Positions 1 through 7,166 of a stretch of 64,000 nt of DNA are shown piece by piece. The translations under genes and the position numbers were made by a program. This stretch comes from Polyangiaceae bacterium. Lineage in GTDB: Bacteria; Myxococcota_A; Polyangia; Polyangiales; Polyangiaceae. The stretch lies in NCBI GenBank assembly GCA_044376115.1, contig JBILLK010000002.1, positions 128,001 through 192,000 of the forward strand, read 5' to 3'. Each line of letters begins with the position of its first letter. Position 1 is the stretch's first letter. A model generated the notes under the pieces. It ran no database searches, was not told the DNA's origin, and saw nothing but the letters and a program-made list of their open reading frames with translations.

Positions 1-714
1 CGCTTCGCTCGCCTGACCGTTTAGCACCTGCTCGAGTGCGAGCACGAGCTGTCGCCCGCTGAGTCCGGCGGGAGAAAGCCAAAGCCGCGCTAGCGCTCCC
101 GCCTTCTGCGTGAGCCCCTGTCTTAGCCACAGCGCAACGGAGGCCTCGGTTGCAACGACGTAGCAATCGTCACCGCAAAATCCTACCCGGGCTGACTCGG
201 GTAGGGCACGAAGCAGCTCAAAAACGCCTTGGTTCGCGGGCGTTTGGTCGCCAGTAAGTTCAATCAACGTCAGCGTCGCTTCACGCGAGGAGCGCAACAA
301 CGCAGCTTGCAACTCGGGCAAGAGCGAGAACGGGCGAGCCGCAGAGGGCAAGGTGCTTCGACGTACCAGCGCGAGTTGCACGTCTCCTGCGATCACCACA
401 TCGGCCGGACTAAAGTGAACATCGTCGGCGCCGACGAGCTCACCGTTCAGCCGGGTACCGTTGCGCGATCCGAGGTCGCGCAACGTGGCCCCAGCGCCTG
501 TCAGCTCCACTGCGAGGTGAAGCCGCGAAAGCGAGGGACTGCCGATTCGGATGGAAGCCTCGCGATCTCTGCCCACGCTGAGAATGCGGCCCACCGGCAG
601 CTCCAGCACGATCGCCTCATGACCCGCCCGAACGATCGAAAGGCACAGTTCCAGCTCTCCCGCCTCGAGCACAAAGGCTCGATCAACGGTTTCTTCAGAG
701 GCACGCCGCGCCAT
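1..714 (-). CDS. FHA-domain protein, probably the N-terminus of an FHA-type sigma-54 enhancer-binding protein; runs off the left edge (partial)
   Basis: Not in the ORF track because there is no stop in the window. Manual translation from ATG at 714: MARRASEETVDRAF...ILSVGRDREASIRIGSPSLSRLH...LRDLGSRNGTRLNG, with FHA motifs GR, SRxH and DLGSxNGT. Frame open to base 1. The EBP part is inference from common myxobacterial architecture. Confidence 0.8.
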   Translation of the reverse strand, partial: MARRASEETVDRAFVLEAGELELCLSIVRAGHEAIVLELPVGRILSVGRDREASIRIGSPSLSRLHLAVELTGAGATLRDLGSRNGTRLNGELVGADDVHFSPADVVIAGDVQLALVRRSTLPSAARPFSLLPELQAALLRSSREATLTLIELTGDQTPANQGVFELLRALPESARVGFCGDDCYVVATEASVALWLRQGLTQKAGALARLWLSPAGLSGRQLVLALEQVLNGQASEA

Positions 715-734
715 GGCGGCAAAGCCTACTACGT

Positions 735-1124
735 TCAACCATCGTCAACGCAGCTTACGATGACCGTTACGGTCCCCGTCCCCGTGATCACACACGCATC
801 TTGGCCGTTCTGTGGGGTACAACCTTCAAAGACAGGGTCGCCGCTCGAACAATCTGCCTTCAGCTCGACTCCAGAGGCGTAGCAGCCGCTTAGCTCCGCG
901 GGCGCTCCATTGATCTCACACTCGGCAAGCTCGTCACAGGTGAGGTCGACTCGAAGCAAGCCATCGCAACCGTTGCCCCCGGCGCCGCCTGAGCCACCTT
1001 CTGAACCTGCGCCCGAACCACCTCCTCCAGACACAACGTAGAAGTCGGAGGTTCCAAGCACTGTAGTGCAGCCTGTGCCCAAGGCTGCTGTGATCAACAA
1101 AAGTGTAAGAACGCGCATAATCAC
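735..1124 (-). CDS. Cys-rich lipoprotein with Gly-rich linker
   Basis: Signal peptide ending LGTGC, then a GGGGSG linker and several Cys; overlaps the upstream gene stop by 4 nt. Confidence 0.7.
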   Translation of the reverse strand: MIMRVLTLLLITAALGTGCTTVLGTSDFYVVSGGGGSGAGSEGGSGGAGGNGCDGLLRVDLTCDELAECEINGAPAELSGCYASGVELKADCSSGDPVFEGCTPQNGQDACVITGTGTVTVIVSCVDDG

Positions 1125-2194
1125 CAGGTTCCTTCGACAGCAACCGTTGTGCCACCAACGCGCAATTGCAACGTGCTCGCGTTGACGGAGGGCGCGGCTG
1201 AGCTGGTTGTTGCGTCCACGATCCAGACCACGCCGCCGGCGGTCGCCAGCAAACCACCAACGACGAACAACGCGGTTGAAACAACAGCTGTGGTTTCGTG
1301 AGTGGAGAGTTGGTCTGCCTCGGAGCCTCGTGCGCAGGCTCCGACGATCCCTCCTTCGTTGCAGGCCTCTTTGAGCGTGCTGGCCTGCCCCATCGCGATG
1401 GCTCCGGCGATGCCACCCCCTAACAGAGACGCGCCTCCGATCGACAAGAGCACCGGTACCGCCAATGTCAGGCGCTCTGCGGGAGGAGTCGGTTGAATTA
1501 CGGGCGGCGGGAGCACGGGCGGTGGGGACACAGGAATCATTGGCGTCTCGACCGGGGGCGGAGGCGCAGTCTCGACCGGGGGCGGAGGAAGCGGAGGTGG
1601 GGGAGCTTGAACAGCAGTAACTGTGAGCTCCCGTGTTTCGCCTTCGTTGAGTTTGAACTTGGTTTCGGCTTGGTCTGTCCCGAGTCGGACCACCACCGTG
1701 TGGTCCCCTGGGTCGAGCTCGAGCGCTGCGCTGAGCAACTCTTGGCTCACTGCTTTGCCGTCGACGGTCACTCTTTGCTCAGCTGGTTGCTCGCCTACGA
1801 ACGTGAGCCTAACCTTGGGGATCTTTGACTCGAGCTCGCTGGCGAAGAGTACGGCATCTTTGCGGGCCGCCTTCGACTTGCTGGTTTCTGTTTTGGTCAC
1901 GGGCAACTCGCTCACGCTTTTGGCGAGCGTACGAGCTTCCAGAAGTGAACCTTGGGTTGCAAGAACGCGAGCCAACTCAAGCCGGGTTACGGGGGTGGGC
2001 GCCAACTCGTGCGCTTTGCGAAACAGCGCGACCGACTCGCTCGGCTTACCATCCGCGAGCAGTTTGCGCGCCTCGGTGTAGAGGCGCTTTGCCTCAGCGC
2101 GGTCGTTCGCGGTCACTTCTTGTCCAAAGGAGCTGGTTGTGAAAACTAGGCAAGCAAGCCCAAATCCGAGTGCGAAGAGTCTATTCGATGCCAT
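1121..2194 (-). CDS. TPR + PEGA-like domain exported protein
   Basis: Start re-assigned to MASNRLF (2194). Signal peptide, TPR-like helices (AKRLYTEARKLL...LFRKAHELAPTP), PEGA-like VTVDG..LELDPGDHTVVV, Pro-rich linker, hydrophobic C-terminal segments. Confidence 0.8.
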   Translation of the reverse strand: MASNRLFALGFGLACLVFTTSSFGQEVTANDRAEAKRLYTEARKLLADGKPSESVALFRKAHELAPTPVTRLELARVLATQGSLLEARTLAKSVSELPVTKTETSKSKAARKDAVLFASELESKIPKVRLTFVGEQPAEQRVTVDGKAVSQELLSAALELDPGDHTVVVRLGTDQAETKFKLNEGETRELTVTAVQAPPPPLPPPPVETAPPPPVETPMIPVSPPPVLPPPVIQPTPPAERLTLAVPVLLSIGGASLLGGGIAGAIAMGQASTLKEACNEGGIVGACARGSEADQLSTHETTAVVSTALFVVGGLLATAGGVVWIVDATTSSAAPSVNASTLQLRVGGTTVAVEGTW

Positions 2195-3620
2195 TGGGGT
2201 CAACAGGAGGCGGGTCAATCCGAGGAGGTTTGGGCGGCTTACGCAAGGCGGGTGCCACCGTCCCACTTGGCGGAGGGCTTGCCGATGCGGCGCTAGCACT
2301 CGCGGCTGTCGCTGAGCGGACGGTTACGCTCAGCGCCCCTGGCGAGACCGCGCTCGCAATGCTGGTTGTCGCGGCTGGGGGCGATGATTCCACGGCTGGC
2401 TTGCTCTCAACGCTGCTTGCGCCGGTGGCGCTCGGCTCTTCATCTGCGGCGTTGCTCGGGCTGAGCGCCCACCAGGCCGCTGGTATCCCCGCCAGCGCGG
2501 CAACCAGCGCCACTCCCCAAGGACCACTTTTGCGCTTGGGGATCTCGATCGTCTCGTGGCGGCTCGAGAGCTCGGGAAGGAGCTCCGCTACCTTCACCGC
2601 GCCGGATTGCTGGTTCACTGTGTCGGCGAGGGCGGAGACCGGACTCGGGTCGTTCGGCACGGCACGAAGCACTGCGATGGGCTGGTTCGGCTGCCGGTGA
2701 AAGTAGGGCGCCAACAAGGTCGCAACGTCATCGCTCGAGGTCTCGAGCTCGCTTTCGATCAAGGCCAGCTCGATCGCCTCTTTGAGTTGCTGGGCCGTGG
2801 CGTAGCGCTCCGAGACCTGCTTTTGCAGGGTCTTGTGCACGACTGCCCGCAGCGGCTCTGGGGTCTGCGGTCCCATCGGTGCAACCGGGGTTGGACCAAC
2901 CAGCGCAGCCAAGCGGCCGATGTCGGTGGCAGCCTCAAACGGAGGGCGGCCCTCGAGCAGCTCGTAGATCACAGCTCCCAAGGCCCAAATGTCCGCGCGG
3001 CGGTCCACCTCTTCGCTGCGCGCTTGCTCCGGCGCCATGAAGCTGATCTTGCCCTTGATGTAGCCGGTGGTCGTATCGGGCGCGAGGCGCTCCTTCGCCT
3101 TGGCGATGCCGAAGTCGATCACTTTGGCGATCCCCAGTCGCGAGACGAGGATGTTCTGTGGGGAGACATCTCGGTGCACGAGCCCAATGAGCGCGCCGTC
3201 CTGGCTTAGTTCGTGCGCCACGTGCAGGCCGGCGCAAGCGTCCGCGATTACGCGAAACACCGCCCGCGCTGGCAAACGTTTGCCCACGGTATCGGCGCGC
3301 ATGGCCAGCTCGTCGAGTGAATCCCCCTCGACGAGCTCCATCACGAAGTAGAGTGACCGTGGGTCCTCTCCAACCTCCCATATCTGTGTGACATTGGGGT
3401 GCTGGATGCGCGCGACCAGGCGAGCCTCATCAAGAAGCATGTCCTGAAAACGCTTGTGACTCGCACGTCCTTGGCGAATCACCTTGATGGCGACGTCGCG
3501 CTCGAAGCCGCCGGGGCCGATCGAGCGCGCCTTCCAAACCGAGGCGAACCCGCCGCCGCCAATGGTCGCAACCAGCTCGTATCGACCTAGCTTGTCGCCC
3601 GCACGAAAGTCCTCTCTCAG
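2181..3620 (-). CDS. Membrane Ser/Thr protein kinase (Hanks type)
   Basis: HRDVSPQN, DFG, APE and DIWALG motifs plus a TM segment. The frame extends upstream of the track start through GRYELVATIGGGGFASVW and VAIK; start uncertain (CTG at 3620 or 3656). Confidence 0.9.
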   Translation of the reverse strand: MREDFRAGDKLGRYELVATIGGGGFASVWKARSIGPGGFERDVAIKVIRQGRASHKRFQDMLLDEARLVARIQHPNVTQIWEVGEDPRSLYFVMELVEGDSLDELAMRADTVGKRLPARAVFRVIADACAGLHVAHELSQDGALIGLVHRDVSPQNILVSRLGIAKVIDFGIAKAKERLAPDTTTGYIKGKISFMAPEQARSEEVDRRADIWALGAVIYELLEGRPPFEAATDIGRLAALVGPTPVAPMGPQTPEPLRAVVHKTLQKQVSERYATAQQLKEAIELALIESELETSSDDVATLLAPYFHRQPNQPIAVLRAVPNDPSPVSALADTVNQQSGAVKVAELLPELSSRHETIEIPKRKSGPWGVALVAALAGIPAAWWALSPSNAADEEPSATGASSVESKPAVESSPPAATTSIASAVSPGALSVTVRSATAASASAASASPPPSGTVAPALRKPPKPPRIDPPPVDPNGIE

Positions 3621-3683
3621 AACGCCTCCAACGCCTGAGAACTGTGGCCGATTCAGCTATCGGCTACAAGCTTAGCGGTCGCG

Positions 3684-4094
3684 CTACTGGCCGCCCGCTC
3701 CGCCTGCTCCACCGAGGCCGCCGGAGCCGCCCGTGGTTGGCGGAGCGCCGTACGCGCCGCCGACGTTGGCGCCGCCGCTACCGCCAATTCCACCTGCGCC
3801 GCCACCGCCGTCTTGACCCCCACCGCCGGTGCTCGTGGTCGGGCCGGAGCCGTACGCACCGCCCACGTTGGAGCCAGCACTACCGTCGTCACTGCCCGAA
3901 TCTCCGCAGGCGCCGAGCGTGGGGGAGGCTGCTGCTACTGCGAGCCCCATCAGCAAGGACGCAGCCGTGCGCTGCGTGCTGCTGGTTCCGCGCACGACAG
4001 CTTGCCCGCAAGAGGGGCAGGCGGAGGCGTTGGCGGAGAGGAAGGTGTCACACTGGGGGCAAGAGGCGAGGGTGCCTTGATAACGCATGCGCAA
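3684..4094 (-). CDS. Putative RiPP precursor / lipoprotein A: CxxC-x10-CxxC leader, lipobox LGAC, Gly-rich core with 2x NVGGAYG
   Basis: Clear paralog of 5485-5889 and adjacent to the rSAM/SPASM gene. Start is TTG 4094 or ATG 4088. Confidence 0.8.
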   Translation of the reverse strand: MRMRYQGTLASCPQCDTFLSANASACPSCGQAVVRGTSSTQRTAASLLMGLAVAAASPTLGACGDSGSDDGSAGSNVGGAYGSGPTTSTGGGGQDGGGGAGGIGGSGGANVGGAYGAPPTTGGSGGLGGAGGAGGQ

Positions 4095-4124
4095 AGAATC
4101 AAGCGACCCGCTCCGATCTTGTCA

Positions 4125-5420
4125 ATGCGAGAAGTATCTGTCCCGGTTGCGATTCCCTGCAGCTTGAGCGACCCTTCCGTCGTGAGCGACTCGCAATTCG
4201 TCAAGGTTCCTCTGCCCACCCGCAACCTCGAGAACAGGGACACCACGCGGGCGTTTCCGCTGTACGTCGTTTGGGAGATCACCATGAAGTGTGATCAGCC
4301 CTGCCAGCACTGCGGTTCGCGCTCCGGGCGGGTACGGGAGTCGGAGCTTTCGACCGACGAGGCGATGGAGGTGGTTGCAGCGCTCGTGCGCATGGGCACC
4401 CGTGAGTGCACGTTGATCGGCGGAGAGGCGTATCTTCGTGATGATTGCGCCCAACTGATCGAGGCGCTCACCAAAGGCGGTATTCGCGTCAGCATGCAGA
4501 CGGGCGGCCGCGCTTTCACGGCGGAGCGAGCCGCCCGGTTCAAGGCCGCTGGGCTCGAGAGCCTTGGCGTCTCAATCGATGGCTTGGCCAAAGCCCACGA
4601 CCAATTGCGGGGCAACCTTGGCAGTTTCAGCGCCGCGTGGAAGGCGCTCATGGCGGCGCGTGACGCGGGGCTCATCATCTCCGCCAATACCCAGATCAAC
4701 AAAGTGAACCTCCCCGATCTCGAGGAGCTCGCGGCACGCTTTCGTCGGGAAGGCGTTCAGACTTGGCAATGCCAATTGACCGGTCCGCTCGGCAAAGCGG
4801 CCGATCAACCGGAGCGCATCATCGACCCGTGGCAGATCGTGGAGATCATGGATCGGTTGGCCGCCATTCAGTTGGAGGCAATGCGCGAGTATGAACAGGG
4901 AGGGCGTAAGGGCATCCCATTCAACGTCTTCGCCAACAACAACATCGGCTACTTCGGCCCGCACGAGAAGGTGCTGCGCTCGACGCCCTACGGCAAGGAG
5001 ACGCATTGGCGCGGCTGCGTCGCAGGAATCTACTCGCTCGGTATCGAGAGCAACGGCACGCTCAAGGCCTGCCCGACGTTGCCAACCGCGCCCTACAACG
5101 CTGGAAACATCCGCGACATGTCGCTCGAGGACGTTTGGCGCGGCTCAGAGATCATGCGCTTCGCGCGCGATCGCGGGACGGAGGAGCTTTGGGGTTTTTG
5201 CAAGACCTGCGACTACGGCGAGGTGTGCCAGGCAGGCTGCTCCTGGACGGCGCACTCCACGCTGGGCAAACGTGGCAACAACCCATTTTGCTACCACCGC
5301 GTGATTCAACTGCGAAAGAAGGGCATTCGCGAACGCCTGATACCGGTGGAGAAGGCGCCCGGCGTGCCCTTTGATTTTGGTCGCTTCGAGATCCGCGAAG
5401 AGCCGATCCCCAACGAGTAA
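4125..5420 (+). CDS. Radical SAM/SPASM peptide maturase, PlpX (splicease)-like / nif11-class maturase 3-like
   Basis: VWEITMKCDQPCQHCGSR (CxxxCxxC), GGEAYLR, SIDG..HD.LRG, NTQIN, WQ.QLT, NNIGYFGP.E, SPASM Cys (GCVAG, ACPTL, CKTC...C.AGC.WTAH, GNNPFC.HR), C-terminal PFD.G.FE. Start uncertain (ATG 4125 or GTG 4182). Confidence 0.9.
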   Translation: MREVSVPVAIPCSLSDPSVVSDSQFVKVPLPTRNLENRDTTRAFPLYVVWEITMKCDQPCQHCGSRSGRVRESELSTDEAMEVVAALVRMGTRECTLIGGEAYLRDDCAQLIEALTKGGIRVSMQTGGRAFTAERAARFKAAGLESLGVSIDGLAKAHDQLRGNLGSFSAAWKALMAARDAGLIISANTQINKVNLPDLEELAARFRREGVQTWQCQLTGPLGKAADQPERIIDPWQIVEIMDRLAAIQLEAMREYEQGGRKGIPFNVFANNNIGYFGPHEKVLRSTPYGKETHWRGCVAGIYSLGIESNGTLKACPTLPTAPYNAGNIRDMSLEDVWRGSEIMRFARDRGTEELWGFCKTCDYGEVCQAGCSWTAHSTLGKRGNNPFCYHRVIQLRKKGIRERLIPVEKAPGVPFDFGRFEIREEPIPNE

Positions 5421-5447
5421 CTACGAGTGAAAGCCTGCGCGAGCGTA

Positions 5448-5470
5448 GAGCCCCGAGCGAGTCGGGGCTC
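5448..5470. terminator. Stem-loop between convergent rSAM and precursor B genes (probable bidirectional terminator)
   Basis: GAGCCCCGA-gcgag-TCGGGGCTC, a perfect 9-bp stem; no clear U-tract. Confidence 0.55.
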
Positions 5471-5484
5471 CCGCGAGTTCTTCG

Positions 5485-5889
5485 TTAGGGCGCTCCGCCT
5501 GCGCCGCCCGCTCCGCCCGCTCCAGGTTCACCGCCACTCGAAGTGGGGCCGGCGCCGTAGGCTGAGGCCATCATGTTGCCGCCCGCTCCGCCTTCACCGC
5601 CACCGCTCGTGGTGGGGCCGGCACCGTAGGCCGAGGAGGTGTTGTCTCCTCCAGCACCGCCGCCGCCCGTCTCCCCCGTCGAGCTGCTACCTGAGTCCCC
5701 ACAACCGCTGACCAACGGCGAGGCCGTGGCGACGGCGAGGCCCATCAGCAACGAGGCTGCAGTGCGTTGCGCGGTTGTAGCGCCGCTGACGAGACTATGG
5801 CCGCACGAGGGGCAGGCCGAAGCCGTTTTCACGAGGAAGGTGTCGCAGTGAGGGCAGGAAGCAAGGGTACCTTGGTAGCGCATCCGCAC
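5485..5889 (-). CDS. Putative RiPP precursor / lipoprotein B: CxxC-x10-CxxC leader, lipobox VSGC, Gly-rich core with 2x SAYGAGPT
   Basis: N-terminal ~68 aa strongly conserved with 3684-4094. Start is GTG 5889 or ATG 5883. Confidence 0.8.
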   Translation of the reverse strand: MRMRYQGTLASCPHCDTFLVKTASACPSCGHSLVSGATTAQRTAASLLMGLAVATASPLVSGCGDSGSSSTGETGGGGAGGDNTSSAYGAGPTTSGGGEGGAGGNMMASAYGAGPTSSGGEPGAGGAGGAGGAP

Positions 5890-5968
5890 ATGGTCGGGAA
5901 AAGTTGCCGTTGCGTCAATGGATGTCGGCAGCCCTGGCGCCCGCTACCGCGCCGTGGTCGTCTTGGGC

Positions 5969-6850
5969 ATGGCCTTTCGTCCTTCGCTCGCGGTTGCCTG
6001 GTTGACTTTGCTTGGATGCTCCGCTGGTAGCTCGGACAACGGCAACTCCGCTGGCAGCGCTGCTGAGGGCGGATTCAGTGCGAGCGGAGGGAGCAGCGGT
6101 GAAACAGGCGGTCAGGGCGGAGGGTTTCTGACGACCGGCGGCGGCGGTGAAGGCGGCGCTGCGGAGGAGATCGCCGAGGTCTTCGGTCACACGGCCTCCG
6201 AGCTGTACCGTCTCGACCCGGAGACGAAAGCCGTCTCGCTGGTGAACACCTTCAGTGGCTGCAATACGGTAATCGACATCGCGCTCGACAAGGATTCGAC
6301 GCTCGTCGCGACGTCGGTGGACGGAGTCTACGAGGTGGACAAGTTAACTGCGGCCTGCACGTTGATCCAAACCGGCGACTATCCGAACTCACTATCGTTC
6401 ATTCCCGCCGGTACGCTCGACCCGAACGTGGAGGCTTTAGTTGGTTATCGCGGCGACGAATATGTGCGTATTGATCCGCAGACCGGTAGCATTCAGTCGA
6501 TTGGCTATCTTGGTGGAAACGGCCTCCTTTCGAGTGGAGACGTCGTTTCGGTCAAGGGTGGTAGTAGTTATTTGACCGTTACCGGCATTGACTGCCCGTC
6601 GGATTGTTTGGTCGAGATCAACCCAAGCACCGGAGCCATGATCACCAATTGGGGCCCGCTTGGTTACTCCGCCGTCTACGGCATCGCCTTCTGGGCGGGC
6701 AGCGTGTACGGCTTTGATGCTGCTGGTAACCTGTTCGAGGTCACGTTCACTGGCGGGGTGATGACGACCACGCTGATCGAACAGACCGGCACATCGTTCT
6801 ACGGAGCGGGCTCCACTACTTCGGCGCCGCCAGTGCCGGTGCCCAACTGA
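5969..6850 (+). CDS. Lipoprotein with Gly-rich linker and probable beta-propeller domain
   Basis: Lipobox LLGC; repeated LYRLDP/LVEINP/DIAL strand motifs; start re-assigned to ATG 5969. Confidence 0.75.
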   Translation: MAFRPSLAVAWLTLLGCSAGSSDNGNSAGSAAEGGFSASGGSSGETGGQGGGFLTTGGGGEGGAAEEIAEVFGHTASELYRLDPETKAVSLVNTFSGCNTVIDIALDKDSTLVATSVDGVYEVDKLTAACTLIQTGDYPNSLSFIPAGTLDPNVEALVGYRGDEYVRIDPQTGSIQSIGYLGGNGLLSSGDVVSVKGGSSYLTVTGIDCPSDCLVEINPSTGAMITNWGPLGYSAVYGIAFWAGSVYGFDAAGNLFEVTFTGGVMTTTLIEQTGTSFYGAGSTTSAPPVPVPN

Positions 6851-7107
6851 GCCGGCTGCTCGGCGCTCTTGGCCTCAGCTAGCCGCACCCGGTGTGCCCT
6901 AACTTGCAACGCGATGCGATTGAGCGTGCCAACGCACGGGTCGCATGAAGAGCCGCAGCAGCTCGGCCAAGCCTCACGCGGGAGCTCCAACTGCTCGAGG
7001 ATGCTGAGCGCATAGTCCGCCGAAGTTCCGGCCTGTTTGAGCAGCCTTTGTGCGAGCTCGAGCTCGCTTTCCGCTGACGCGTGCGGGGGCTCTACTGAGG
7101 GGACCAT
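6799..7107 (-). CDS. Small protein with CCGSSCDPC motif (Oxidored-like Cys motif)
   Basis: PSCCGSSCDPCV resembles the CCxSGCxxCV oxidoreductase-like N-terminal motif; 3' end overlaps the convergent gene by 52 nt. Confidence 0.5.
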   Translation of the reverse strand: MVPSVEPPHASAESELELAQRLLKQAGTSADYALSILEQLELPREAWPSCCGSSCDPCVGTLNRIALQVRAHRVRLAEAKSAEQPAQLGTGTGGAEVVEPAP

Positions 7108-7166
7108 CGCTAAAGCATAACGGAAAATCCAGGAAAACTGCGGCTGGATGGACTAGTGAGGTATCC

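Noticed and set aside
182..205. Hairpin CCTACCCGGG-CTGA-CTCGGGTAGG
   Set aside because: Lies inside the minus-strand FHA CDS; single copy, no U-tract.
229..882. 217-aa plus-strand ORF
   Set aside because: Antisense shadow of the FHA gene, no recognisable motifs. The same applies to most overlapping ORFs in this GC-rich track.
3813..4124. Long N-terminal extension of the rSAM ORF
   Set aside because: It is antisense to precursor A; the real start is likely 4125 or later.
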